This document shows positions 52,068 to 61,898 of a stretch of DNA of 64,000 nucleotides, in pieces (the stretch's first letter is position 1; each line of letters begins with the position of its first letter). The notes under the pieces are model-generated. The model saw nothing but the letters and a program-made list of their open reading frames with translations. It had not been told where the DNA came from and ran no database searches. Origin of the DNA: an uncultured Enterobacteriaceae bacterium (GTDB lineage: Bacteria; Pseudomonadota; Gammaproteobacteria; Eutrophobiales; Eutrophobiaceae); NCBI GenBank assembly GCA_964479045.1, contig CAYZJI010000006.1:80241-144240 (forward strand), written 5' to 3'. A program made the position numbers and the translations under genes.

Positions 52068-53291
52068 TCAAATTTCCACCCGCTCCGGGTCTAGCCCATA
52101 CGCCATGATCCGTGCCAGCCGTTTCTGGAAAAAACCGAAACGCGCGAGCAGGCGCACCAGCAGTGGTGGCCGGAACGGCGCGTCGGATTCGAGAGCGCCG
52201 GCAATGATGCGCCGTTGAATCAGGGACTGCACACTCTGGATAAACCGGATGGCGCGTTCACGCCGGAGTTGTACCGCATGCAGATCGTCATCACTGATCT
52301 TACCTTTGAGTAAAGGCCCGCTAAGTACATTCGCCGCGGCCACTGCATCATGAATGGCGTAATTGATGCCGACGCCGCCGACCGGCGACATGACATGTGC
52401 GGCATCACCAATCAATAACAAACCGGGCCGGTGCCAGCGTTCGACGCGACCGGTGACGACTGACAATATCGCACATTGAGACCAGTCCTTAAGGGCGGCA
52501 GCAGATTCTTTCAGGGCAGGCATCAGTGTTGTAATGTCTTCCTGCAAGGCCGGCAAGCCTTTCTCGCGCAGGGATTTATACGAACCTTTGAGAATAATAA
52601 AACCGCATTGCAGTTCACTGCCACGATCCAGTATGGCCAATGCCGTACCACTGCCAAACCGGCCGCTGGTGGCATTTTCTGCACCAAACGATGCCGGACG
52701 TGGCAACTTGAACCAGAGCACATCCATCGGAGGTGTGGTTTTACCGAGCTTGATTCCGGCGAGTTCACGCACGCGGGAGCCGCGACCATCGGCGCCTATG
52801 GTCAGTAATGCGCGAACGTCATGGGCCTGACCGTCCTTGTGATAGCGCACGCCACACACACGATCATTTTCAATGATCAACTCATGCGCTTTCGCATTCA
52901 TGATCAAGGTGAAGTTCGGATATTTCCTTGCCTCATTGGTCAGGAATTCCAGTAACCGCGCCTGTGGAACGAGCCCGATGAATGGATAAGGCGTGTCGAG
53001 CCGGGAAAAATCCGCCATCGTGACCGTGTCCTGCGTGGTGATGATCTGAAACCGCGGCACCCGGGCATGACAGAGTGCAAGTACCGGTTGGCCAAGACCC
53101 ATTTGATCAAGAATTTCGAGCGCGGACGCATGCAGGGTGTCACCACGAAAATCACGATCAAAATCGGCCTGGGCTTCAAGCAAGGTTACGGAAATCCCCT
53201 TGCGTGCCAGTAATAAAGCCAGTATCACACCGGCAGGCCCGGCCCCGGCAATACAGACATTCGCCGGACTGGAGCTGGAAATCGTCGCCAT
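52068..53291 (-). CDS. FAD-dependent monooxygenase (UbiH/UbiF/VisC-like aromatic hydroxylase family)
   Basis: It has an FAD-binding motif (VCIAGAGPAGVILALLLARKG), the DG motif (IGADGRGSRVR) and GD-AHxxxP (IGDAAHVMSPVGGVGINYAIHDA). Confidence 0.75.
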   Translation of the reverse strand: MATISSSSPANVCIAGAGPAGVILALLLARKGISVTLLEAQADFDRDFRGDTLHASALEILDQMGLGQPVLALCHARVPRFQIITTQDTVTMADFSRLDTPYPFIGLVPQARLLEFLTNEARKYPNFTLIMNAKAHELIIENDRVCGVRYHKDGQAHDVRALLTIGADGRGSRVRELAGIKLGKTTPPMDVLWFKLPRPASFGAENATSGRFGSGTALAILDRGSELQCGFIILKGSYKSLREKGLPALQEDITTLMPALKESAAALKDWSQCAILSVVTGRVERWHRPGLLLIGDAAHVMSPVGGVGINYAIHDAVAAANVLSGPLLKGKISDDDLHAVQLRRERAIRFIQSVQSLIQRRIIAGALESDAPFRPPLLVRLLARFGFFQKRLARIMAYGLDPERVEI

Positions 53292-53438
53292 AGTTACATC
53301 CTTTTCATAAAGTTACTGTAATTAACACGGGGTTGATGCGCCGCACAAATAATTAGGCTAGACTTAACATCAACGCGCCTGCTCAAGGCCAGATAACAAT
53401 AATAACAATACTAACTCAAGCTGAACGAAGGTGGATCT

Positions 53439-54257
53439 ATGGAAATTAAAGGTAAAGTCGCTGTCATTACGGGCGCCGCCAGCGGTATCGGCAATGCACT
53501 TTGTCATGAACTCGCCAAACGTGGAGTAAAAGCCATCGCGATGGTCGACATGAACGATGAAGTCAAAGCCGCCGCAGAAAAAATTAACCATGAGAACAAA
53601 CGCGAAGTGGCTGTTCCATATATCGGTGATACCACCGATGAAGCATTCCGCAAAAAAGTATTTGTTTCCATCTCCTCTTCCCACGGCACGGTCAGTATCT
53701 GTGTCCCTTGTGCTGGCATCACGCGCGATGCCCTGGCCGTCAAAATCAGCAAGGAGACTGGCAAAGCCGAAATGTATTCGTTAGATAAATTCCGGCTGGT
53801 GGTGGAAGTGAATTTGATCGCGCCGACTTATTGGGCAATGGAAATGATTGCACGTATTGCTGAAGAACGCGCCAGCAAGGGGCTCAAAAAATGGCACCCG
53901 GATGAACGCATGCAGGGCGCTGTCGTTTTTATTGGCAGTATTTCATCCCAGGGCAACAAAGGGCAGATTTCCTATGCCAGTACCAAGGCTGGACTGGAAG
54001 GTGCTGCTGCCACATTGACCAAAGAAGCAATCTTCCATGGTGTGCGGTGTGGGGTGATACATCCCGGATTCACGGATACTCCTATGGTACGTGCGCTCGG
54101 AGAAGATTACATTCAAAAATATATCCTGAAAGATACCCAACTTGGTCGCCTGATTCATCCCGGTGAAATTGCCGATGCCATCTGTTTCATGCTCACCAAC
54201 TCCGCAGTGAGCGGAGAATTGTGGGCGGATGCAGGATGGCACCCGACTCCTGCCTGA
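53439..54257 (+). CDS. SDR-family oxidoreductase
   Basis: It has TGAASGIG, a YxxxK catalytic pair (YASTKAG) and PG motifs. Confidence 0.7.
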   Translation: MEIKGKVAVITGAASGIGNALCHELAKRGVKAIAMVDMNDEVKAAAEKINHENKREVAVPYIGDTTDEAFRKKVFVSISSSHGTVSICVPCAGITRDALAVKISKETGKAEMYSLDKFRLVVEVNLIAPTYWAMEMIARIAEERASKGLKKWHPDERMQGAVVFIGSISSQGNKGQISYASTKAGLEGAAATLTKEAIFHGVRCGVIHPGFTDTPMVRALGEDYIQKYILKDTQLGRLIHPGEIADAICFMLTNSAVSGELWADAGWHPTPA

Positions 54258-54287
54258 TCAGTAAACTGTTATTTCAGGGCTGAGACG

Positions 54288-55142
54288 ATGCCTCGACCGG
54301 TAGAACTGGGTGATGTATCACTCACTGCTATTGGTCTTGGCGCGATGCCGTTGTCTCTTGATACACGTCCGGATGAAGCAACCGCCGTTGAGGTTATAAA
54401 AGCCTTTGTCGATGGTGGTGGTAACTTTATTGATACCGCGAATGTATATTGTGTGGATGATCATGATATTGGTCATAACGAGCAATTGATTCACAGAACT
54501 CTCGCCAAACTCGGAAAACTGAAAGAAATAATGGTTGGCACCAAAGGCGGTTTGCGCCGCCCGAAGGGCCGTTGGGATTCCGATGCGTCACCGGCCTGGC
54601 TGCGTGCTTCCAGTGAAAAAAGTCTGCGCGACCTCAACACCGATTGTATTTTTCTTTATCAACTGCATGCGCCAGACCCCAAAGTTCCGTTGGCAGACTC
54701 CGTAGGCGAACTCAGCCGTTTGCGAGACGAAGGCAAGATTCAGCATATAGGACTTTCCAACGTCAATGTCCATGAAATTACGCTGGCACAGAAAATCGCG
54801 CCGATCGTTTCCGTTCAGAATCGTTGCAATATTCTCGAAAAAAAATCATTCACCGCCGGTGTAGTGGAATTATGCGCAAAGGAAAATATTGTGTTTATGC
54901 CGCACAGCCCGGTAGGCGGCCATTTTGATCACCGAAAGCTCATCACACATAAAATCCTGAAACAGATCGCAGAAAAACATAACGCCAGTGTTTACCAAAT
55001 CGCTCTGGCCTGGCTGTTACATAAAGGCAGCCATATTCTGCCCATCCCGGGTGCCAGTAAGGTCAGCAGTATCGTCAGTAGTCTTGGTGCCCTGAAGATA
55101 GTTTTGGACGCTACAGACATGCAGGCACTGCAGCGGATCTGA
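54288..55142 (+). CDS. Aldo/keto reductase
   Basis: Its AKR (beta/alpha)8 pattern (FIDTANVY ... GLSN ... IPGASK) resembles the Tas/YajO-like subgroup. Confidence 0.75.
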   Translation: MPRPVELGDVSLTAIGLGAMPLSLDTRPDEATAVEVIKAFVDGGGNFIDTANVYCVDDHDIGHNEQLIHRTLAKLGKLKEIMVGTKGGLRRPKGRWDSDASPAWLRASSEKSLRDLNTDCIFLYQLHAPDPKVPLADSVGELSRLRDEGKIQHIGLSNVNVHEITLAQKIAPIVSVQNRCNILEKKSFTAGVVELCAKENIVFMPHSPVGGHFDHRKLITHKILKQIAEKHNASVYQIALAWLLHKGSHILPIPGASKVSSIVSSLGALKIVLDATDMQALQRI

Positions 55143-55231
55143 GTCAGGTTTCTTTCCTGCCAGCCTGAAATTTTTTTAACTATATGAATTTATTAAAGTA
55201 ATTATTTACATTGCTATGCAACAAATTCTAC

Positions 55232-55259
55232 TTGCAAATGTCTCATATAAGCGTATATT
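55232..55259 (+). promoter_or_regulatory. Candidate sigma70 promoter (TTGCAA-16-TATATT) of an orphan transcript
   Basis: Hexamers seen in an AT-rich patch downstream of the AKR gene. No annotated CDS follows on this strand. Confidence 0.35.
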
Positions 55260-55597
55260 TCCCAGCCCCGATTCAGGGGACATGGAAACAAGCGAGACGT
55301 AATGAAGCAACTTTTCGCACAAGAAACGTATTACCGCACTGACCGCGCTGCGCAGGCGTATCGCGTACAGTCGTGGACCCATGGGGTTCATTACGCGGGC
55401 ATGTGTAACCATGTTGAGATGAAATTCAGCAGCTAGCCTTCCAGAATAACGTTCGGAAGGCATAGCAGAAACGATGCCTTCCGGGACACCGATACCAAAC
55501 CCCGGTCAGGCATCCAGCTTTACCGGGGTTTGATCGTTTTCAGGCCCCAAAAAAGGGTTACTTCCCTAAGCCCACTCCCCTAAGTGTGGGTACCTTA

Positions 55598-55642
55598 CGC
55601 GCAGGCATTGCCTCCTCCTCTAATGCCTGCGCATTTTTTTTA
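55598..55642 (+). terminator. Rho-independent terminator (gcgcaggcatt-...-aatgcctgcgc + T8), plus-strand orphan
   Basis: An 11-bp perfect stem and a U8 run. It lies about 450 nt after the nearest plus-strand CDS end. Confidence 0.6.
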
Positions 55643-55724
55643 TCTACATGGACGTAGTGTATGCCGCTTATGCATGGAGCAATAAGCGGCGATGTACAGG
55701 CAGTATTCGTGTCCATTCACCTGA

Positions 55725-57146
55725 TTAAACGACCTTCAATTTCCAATATCCTTTCCTGAACTGCAGCCAGGCGATCAGTGCAATCAGTGATTCGGCGATG
55801 GTGATGGCCAGAAATACTCCAGTAGGTCCAAGATTTACAATTTCCGCAAGCAGAAATGCCACCGGTATCTGCACCAGCCAGAAACAGATGAAATTGATCT
55901 GTGTTGGTGTAGTGGTATCTCCGGCACCATTAAAGGCCTGGGTCAAAACCATGCCAACGGCAAACAGGCCATAACCATATCCGACACAGCGCAAGCAATC
56001 ACTGCCATAGGCAATCACTCGCAGATCCTGCGAAAAAATACTTATCAGGGTTTCTGCGAACAACAGGAAAATAACTGCCACTGTCACCAGAAATACGAAA
56101 TTATATTGCATGATCTTCCACACGGATTGTTCCGCACGTTCCGGTTTGCCCGCACCGAGGTTCTGTCCTACCAGTGTTCCGGCGGCATTGCTCATGCCCC
56201 AGGCAGGAAGAATCGTCAGATCGATGATGCGTATCGCAATGGTGTAACCGGCAATTGCTGTGCTTCCATAGAGAGATACGATTTTCATCAACAAAACCCA
56301 ACTCGCCGTTGCGATCAGAAACTGCGCTATTCCACCGATCGCCAGTTGCATCAAACGTAACATCACTGCCGGGACCAGACGCAGATGCCTTGCCAGCAGC
56401 GTGATTTTTGCACGACCATCAAACAAATGATAAATCTGGTAAAGCATGCCCACCGTGCGTCCGGTCAATGTTGCACAGGCCGCACCGGTGACACCCAGTT
56501 CCGGAAACGGACCGATGCCGAAGATCAGTAAGGGATCCAGCACAATGTTGATTCCATTTGCGATCATCAGTGCCCGCAGGGAAATTCCGGCATTGCCTGC
56601 CCCCCGGAATATTGCATTGAACAGGAACAGATACAGAATCACGATAGAACTGCCAAACATGATGGTAGTGTAGGTCTCACCAGTTTCGATTACTGTTTCA
56701 TCTGCACCCATGAAACGCAGAACTTCCTCTGCATGCACTGCTGCAACGATTGATATGATTGTGCCGACGATACCGCCGATCCAGAACGCCTGTCCTGCGG
56801 TAACTGCAGCATCCTCAGTATTTTTTTCGCCAATACGCCTGGCCACCATTGCCGTGACGGCCATGCTGAATCCGACAGCGATCGCATATAACAGAGTAAT
56901 GACGGCTTCAGTCAAACCGACAGTAGCCACCGCTGCTGCACCCAGGCTCGAAACAAAGAAAATATCGGTGATCGCAAAGATCGACTCCATCGACAGTTCC
57001 AGCATCATCGGAATGGCGAGCAGCAGCACAGCCCGACGGATGGGGCCGGACGTGTAATCATAATTTTCAAGCGAAAACGATTGACGGATCAGTGCAAGCA
57101 TTTCACTGAAACCGAGGGTAACCGTCCGCCCGTTGTTGTAACTCAT
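55725..57146 (-). CDS. MATE-family multidrug efflux transporter (NorM/DinF-like)
   Basis: 473 aa with 12 predicted TM segments. The MATE N-terminal pattern (RRAVLLLAIPMMLELSMESIFAITDIFFVSSLG) is present. Confidence 0.85.
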   Translation of the reverse strand: MSYNNGRTVTLGFSEMLALIRQSFSLENYDYTSGPIRRAVLLLAIPMMLELSMESIFAITDIFFVSSLGAAAVATVGLTEAVITLLYAIAVGFSMAVTAMVARRIGEKNTEDAAVTAGQAFWIGGIVGTIISIVAAVHAEEVLRFMGADETVIETGETYTTIMFGSSIVILYLFLFNAIFRGAGNAGISLRALMIANGINIVLDPLLIFGIGPFPELGVTGAACATLTGRTVGMLYQIYHLFDGRAKITLLARHLRLVPAVMLRLMQLAIGGIAQFLIATASWVLLMKIVSLYGSTAIAGYTIAIRIIDLTILPAWGMSNAAGTLVGQNLGAGKPERAEQSVWKIMQYNFVFLVTVAVIFLLFAETLISIFSQDLRVIAYGSDCLRCVGYGYGLFAVGMVLTQAFNGAGDTTTPTQINFICFWLVQIPVAFLLAEIVNLGPTGVFLAITIAESLIALIAWLQFRKGYWKLKVV

Positions 57147-57200
57147 AAAATACCTGTCACTTTACGGTACCAAACCGTATTGGTTGCAAGAGTTCCGGCA

Positions 57201-57292
57201 AACGTTGCCGGACCGTCGCTGTGAGCTTCAACCAGCAGCAAACGTTGCCGGACCGTCGCTGTGAGCTTCAACCAGCAGCAAACGCTGGCCGG
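57201..57292. repeat. Perfect 40-bp tandem duplication (aacgttgccggaccgtcgctgtgagcttcaaccagcagca x2 plus partial third copy)
   Basis: Units at 57201-57240 and 57241-57280 are identical, followed by aacgctggccgg. It lies about 55 nt upstream of the MATE start. Confidence 0.8.
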
Positions 57293-57621
57293 TGATGCCT
57301 TATCCGCAGTCGGGAGGTATTACAGGGTTGATGGAGTTACGGGAAATGATGGCCCCACAATGACCCGTGTTCTTCCCACCGCAGAACATGCCGGTTTTAA
57401 GAAGAATGTTGTTTATGACAATTTCCATTCAGATCACGCCAGGGTATGAAAAGTGGTGCGAAGGATACTACTTTAAACATATCTGTCAACACAGGCAGTA
57501 TGAAATTGCTGTCCATTACTGAATTTTTCTGAACCCTCATCATTGAGGGCAATTTGATTTTGTTGTTTACGAGACGAACTACATGGCCCGAAGGATTATA
57601 GCCATGGTATAGAGAGATTCA

Positions 57622-57843
57622 TCAACAGCAACGGCTGATTCCAGACCATTTCTGTTGCATCCGCTGATCATAAAATGCCTTGCGATCCAGCGGCATAATT
57701 TCCGGGTGATGCTGCCGGCAATGGTGAAGATATTTTTCATAAGCCGCATCACCCGTGACTTCGCGCAAGCTATCAAACAGACTGTGGATGTTGATAACCA
57801 ACGATGAAAAATGTTTATTCTGTTGCAAACTTTGTCTGGACAT
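57622..57843 (-). CDS. ybdD: YbdD/YjiX-family small protein (DUF466), partner of CstA-family transporter
   Basis: The C-terminus YEKYLHHCRQHHPEIMPLDRKAFYDQRMQQKWSGISRCC matches E. coli YbdD ([31 protein letters not shown]...RCC). The start is uncertain (it overlaps the cstA end by 29 nt). Confidence 0.7.
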   Translation of the reverse strand: MSRQSLQQNKHFSSLVINIHSLFDSLREVTGDAAYEKYLHHCRQHHPEIMPLDRKAFYDQRMQQKWSGISRCC

Positions 57844-59872
57844 AGGGCGTCTCCGCAGTTGTTAAATCACGACGGCCACTGAGCGCAAGATAACAAACAC
57901 GAACAGTGTCCAGCACCAGCAGCCAGGTGATCGTCAGGAACAGCGCCGTTAAAACGGCATCCAGCCGGTCATTGAAAATCAGTTGCTGGGTCTGGGCGAT
58001 TTTGTCTGCCGGGATCAGGTTCGCGGAAAGTTGTTCCCCCAGAAGTTTTGCATGCGCAAGAAAACCGATACGCGGCTCAGCATTAAAGAGTTTCTCCAAC
58101 GCAGCTGTTGTCGTAATCGTCACCAACCACGCCAACGGCACAGCGCTGACCCACACATAACGCGATCTTCCTGATTTGACCAGTATCGTCGTTGCCACAC
58201 AAAGCGCGATCGCCGCCAGCATCTGGTTGGCGATGCCGAATAATGGCCACAAACTGTTAATACCCCCCAACGGGTCGATCGTGCCCATGTATAAAAAGTA
58301 TCCCCATGCTCCCACCACCAGCCCACTGGTCAGCAAGACCCCCGGTGTCCAGCTGGTTTGCCCCAGTTTCGGAAAAATATTGCCGAGCATGTCCTGCAAC
58401 ATGAAGCGCGCCACACGTGTACCTGCATCCAGTGTCGTGAGAATAAACAGCGCCTCAAACATGATGGCAAAGTGATACCACAATGCATGCCAGCCACTGC
58501 CGAACGCGGTAGCAAAAATACTGGCCATACCGACAGCCAGTGAAGGGGCGCCACCGGTGCGGGCAAACAGGGTGGATTCACCCATGTCCGCTGCCAGTGC
58601 CTGCATTTGATCAACGGTTACCGGGAAACCATATTGAGTAATTGTGGCCACGGCATCTGCCGCTTCCTTGCCCACGATGCCTGCTGGACTGTTGATGGCA
58701 AAATAGATACCTGGGTCCAGCACACACGCGGCGATCATCGCCATAATTGCCACAAACGATTCCATCATCATGGCACCATAACCGATAAAACGCGCATCGC
58801 TCTCATTAGTAATCAGTTTGGGCGTGGTGCCGGAAGCAATCAGTGAATGAAAACCGGAAATAGCACCACAGGCAATTGTGATAAATACAAATGGAAAGAG
58901 TGTCCCTGCGAAAATCGGGCCAGTGCCATCTATAAATTGTGTGACCGCCGGCATTTTCATTTCCGGCTGCACCAACAGGATGGCGATGGCAAGAATCAGG
59001 ATCGTCCCTATCTTCATAAATGTGGAAAGATAATCACGCGGGGCCAGCAACAGCCATACCGGAAGCACAGCAGCGGCAAAACCATAAGCGATGATCATCA
59101 GGGCGAGTGTTGGGCCGTCGTAATCAAACCAGTCGCGCAAACCCGGCTGATGATCTATCCAGCCACCACCAATTACTGCCAGCAATAATAATGTCACACC
59201 GATCAGGGTGGACTCCCACACACGGCCCGGACGTATATTTCTCAGATAAAGCCCAATGACAATGGCAATCGGAATTGTGGCGGCCACAGTTGATGTCGCC
59301 CATGGGCTGTGTTTCATCGCATTCACCACCACCAGCCCCAACACGGCGATCAGAATAATCATGATCATCATCACACCGATGAGCGCCACCACACCACCCA
59401 CTTTGCCGAGCTCGTCCCGCGCCATCTGCCCGAGTGAGCGGCCGTCACGCCGTATGGAGAAAAACAGAATCACGAAATCCTGTACACAACCACCCAGCAC
59501 TGCACCGATCAATATCCATAATGTGCCGGGCAAATAACCAAACTGGGCGGCGAGTGTCGGGCCAATCAACGGTCCCGGTCCGGCTATCGCTGCAAAGTGA
59601 TGGCCGAACACGATCCATTTGTTGGTCGGCATGAAATCGCGGCCATTATCCAGACGTTCAGCAGGAGTAGCCCGCGATGCATCCAGCATCAGCACCCGGG
59701 CCGCGACAAATGCACTGTAGAACCGGTAGCCGATCGCATACACGCAAACAGCGGCAACAATCAGCCAGATGCTGTTGATGGTTTCACCCCGGTTAAGTGC
59801 GATACCGCCTATTGCACCAGCGCCGGTAATTGCAATGAGGACCCAGAGCAGGGATTTTTTGAAATTATGCAT
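57815..59872 (-). CDS. cstA: Carbon starvation protein A family transporter (CstA/BtsT-type peptide/pyruvate transporter)
   Basis: 685 aa, polytopic. The conserved N-terminal region (WIVFGHHFAAIAGPGPLIGPTLAAQFGYLPG) is present. Confidence 0.9.
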   Translation of the reverse strand: MHNFKKSLLWVLIAITGAGAIGGIALNRGETINSIWLIVAAVCVYAIGYRFYSAFVAARVLMLDASRATPAERLDNGRDFMPTNKWIVFGHHFAAIAGPGPLIGPTLAAQFGYLPGTLWILIGAVLGGCVQDFVILFFSIRRDGRSLGQMARDELGKVGGVVALIGVMMIMIILIAVLGLVVVNAMKHSPWATSTVAATIPIAIVIGLYLRNIRPGRVWESTLIGVTLLLLAVIGGGWIDHQPGLRDWFDYDGPTLALMIIAYGFAAAVLPVWLLLAPRDYLSTFMKIGTILILAIAILLVQPEMKMPAVTQFIDGTGPIFAGTLFPFVFITIACGAISGFHSLIASGTTPKLITNESDARFIGYGAMMMESFVAIMAMIAACVLDPGIYFAINSPAGIVGKEAADAVATITQYGFPVTVDQMQALAADMGESTLFARTGGAPSLAVGMASIFATAFGSGWHALWYHFAIMFEALFILTTLDAGTRVARFMLQDMLGNIFPKLGQTSWTPGVLLTSGLVVGAWGYFLYMGTIDPLGGINSLWPLFGIANQMLAAIALCVATTILVKSGRSRYVWVSAVPLAWLVTITTTAALEKLFNAEPRIGFLAHAKLLGEQLSANLIPADKIAQTQQLIFNDRLDAVLTALFLTITWLLVLDTVRVCYLALSGRRDLTTAETPYVQTKFATE

Positions 59873-59944
59873 GTCTGATTTCTTGTTATATTCGAACCGG
59901 GTTCAGTCTAGCGGACACTCCAAGACACCTGCAATAGTAAATAT

Positions 59945-60697
59945 TCAGAATTCGAATTTCGCATAGAGCGGTGCATGATCTGATAACCTGTGCCATGGAT
60001 GATGTTTCAGGCAGCCACTCTCAACCGGTTTGACCCCGCGGTAATAAATACGATCGACAGGCAATAAAGGATACCAGGATGGAAACGTTCTGGCGTAACA
60101 TCCATGCAGTGTATAAAAAGCCTCTTTGAGATTCAGATCAGATTCAAGTGTTCTGTCCACCTGACCATGCCAGTCATTAAAATCGCCGGCCAGAACCAGT
60201 GGTTCATGCTGTGGAACACAATCACGTATGCGCTGGTTCAATACTTGTAATTGGCGCTTGCGTAAATTGGGCAGGAAATCCAGATGCACACACAGCACAT
60301 GTAATCTGATCTTCTGTCCCGGCACTTCCAGCAAACCATGCAATATGCTGCGGCTGGCCGGGCGTATCGTAGAAAATTTCAGGTTATCCCATTGTATAAA
60401 CGGGTATTTGCTCAGAATGGCATTGCCATGATGCCCGGCGCTGTAAATCGCATTTTTGCCATAAGCATAATGAGTCCATACCTGGTCCGCCAGAAATTCA
60501 AACTGTGTTTCATCCGGCCAGTTTTCAATATATATTTTACGCTGCAGATGTTCGCCTTGTATTTCCTGCAAGCAAAGTACATCCACATCATTTAACCGCA
60601 ATTGCTCCCTGATCTGCTCCAGCACGAAACGGCGATTACCGGAGCTGAATCCCTTGTGGATGTTATAGGTCATGACCCTGATGCTGAAACTGGACAT
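59945..60697 (-). CDS. Endonuclease/exonuclease/phosphatase (EEP) family protein
   Basis: It shows the EEP pattern: MTYNIHKG, LQEI, GDFND and SDHAPL. Confidence 0.7.
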   Translation of the reverse strand: MSSFSIRVMTYNIHKGFSSGNRRFVLEQIREQLRLNDVDVLCLQEIQGEHLQRKIYIENWPDETQFEFLADQVWTHYAYGKNAIYSAGHHGNAILSKYPFIQWDNLKFSTIRPASRSILHGLLEVPGQKIRLHVLCVHLDFLPNLRKRQLQVLNQRIRDCVPQHEPLVLAGDFNDWHGQVDRTLESDLNLKEAFYTLHGCYARTFPSWYPLLPVDRIYYRGVKPVESGCLKHHPWHRLSDHAPLYAKFEF

Positions 60698-60722
60698 AGA
60701 TCAGATCACGATATATCAGGAT

Positions 60723-61451
60723 CTAGCGAGGAGTCTTCCTGCGTTCAAACAAATGCGGATTCCGTTCTATGAACTTATGTACCCATTTCTCCAGAAATGA
60801 ATCATTTCCTTCCGTGCGCAGATAACCCCAGCCAAGGATGGAAATGGTGAGGGCGCCGATGCAATTCACAATCAGGTCCCACATGGTGTCCTTCAGGCCA
60901 CTCTTCATCATGTTGGTACCGAATAAAGAATCCATTCCAAACTCAAATATCTCCCATAGCGTGCCAAAACCAATCGCAAACACAAATGCAAATAACGCTA
61001 CAAACCCCGGCTTCATATCGAGTTCGACTTCCTTTTTCTCATTCAGCACATACACCAGCAGAAAACCCAGTATTCCCATCAGGAAACCGGAGCCCGCATG
61101 TAAAACAAGGTCCCACCACCAGAACTTCACATAATAGCCACGCACTTCACCGAGAAACAATGAGGCATAAATCAGGACTACCGCCAGTAATTCAAACTCG
61201 GACGGAATCCTCACCTGAAAACGGTTGCCGAGAACAACGGGAAGAAAAGTGATATAGACAATGCCGAGGGTAATCACGCCTGTTTCCACACGCCCCTGCA
61301 CAAAGGACAGCACCGCACCGATCATCAGGCTCATTTTCAGCAGAATGATTAACGCCTGTACCTGCCAGTAGCTTTTGATATCAGCGGAGTGCATGGGCAA
61401 TAATTCCTGTTTGGCAGCAACAAAACTATTGAGAACCTGCCCTGCTGTCAA
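60723..61451 (-). CDS. Hypothetical polytopic membrane protein (DUF2238/YjdF-like)
   Basis: 242 aa with six or more predicted TM helices. The family assignment is tentative. Confidence 0.4.
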   Translation of the reverse strand: MTAGQVLNSFVAAKQELLPMHSADIKSYWQVQALIILLKMSLMIGAVLSFVQGRVETGVITLGIVYITFLPVVLGNRFQVRIPSEFELLAVVLIYASLFLGEVRGYYVKFWWWDLVLHAGSGFLMGILGFLLVYVLNEKKEVELDMKPGFVALFAFVFAIGFGTLWEIFEFGMDSLFGTNMMKSGLKDTMWDLIVNCIGALTISILGWGYLRTEGNDSFLEKWVHKFIERNPHLFERRKTPR

Positions 61452-61471
61452 TTCCCTTATTACATCAATAA

Positions 61472-61833
61472 TCAGGGGGCTGAATAATCAGAATATACAT
61501 GAATTATTTTATGCTGCTGACTGCCATGAAGACGCGAGTATGGTTTGAACTTCTTCCGGCCGTTGCTGTGCGGCACTAGCCCAATCCAGTCCTGTTTCCG
61601 CAGCAAACCCGGCCATGGCCTGTATAACCTGAGAGCGAGTTGTTGTTCCTTGATAGAAACGTGGTCAGCAATGGTATCCAGTTCTATCAATGCTTGCCCG
61701 GCTTCTACATGCTCGCCTTCTTTCACCAAAATGCTTCTTACTATGCCGTTCTCCAGCGGCCGCCGGAGAACGGCGGCGTTTCCTGGATTTCCAGCGCAGC
61801 AGGTAAAAATTCAAGCTCTTCGTTGTGCCTCAT
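61472..61833 (-). pseudogene. Remnant of an HlyD-family type I secretion membrane-fusion protein (frameshifted, internally deleted, truncated)
   Basis: The upstream frame encodes MRHNEELEFLPAALEIQETPP (HlyD: ENEFLPAHLELIETPVS). A second frame encodes RRPLENGIVRSILVKEGEHVEAGQALIELD (HlyD: IVKEIIVKEGESVRKGDVLLKL). The TM segment and the C-terminal roughly 350 aa are absent. Confidence 0.5.
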
Positions 61834-61898
61834 AATGTATGCTTAAATATATGTATTTATATATTGCTATCTATATGGTTGTTAATTAAACTTTTTAC

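Noticed and set aside
55206-55463. 85-aa minus-strand ORF in the AKR-MATE intergenic region
   Set aside because: It spans the plus-strand promoter and hairpin region and has no RBS. The region is better explained as a plus-strand non-coding or small-ORF transcript.
57261-57449. 62-aa plus-strand ORF beginning inside the 40-bp tandem repeat
   Set aside because: Its start lies within the duplicated repeat unit and it has no RBS. It probably exists only because of the duplication.
57579-57776. 65-aa minus-strand ORF overlapping ybdD in another frame
   Set aside because: The alternative frame (57622-57843) gives the recognisable YbdD C-terminus (…RCC). This frame has no similarity.
61720-61770. 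Palindrome ccgttctcc-agcggccgcc-ggagaacgg containing a NotI-like GCGGCCGC site, initially suspicious as an engineering scar
   Set aside because: It lies at the frameshift/deletion junction of the HlyD remnant. GC-rich palindromes of this kind are common in this genome (the REP-like family) and no vector-like sequence flanks it. It was treated as natural.
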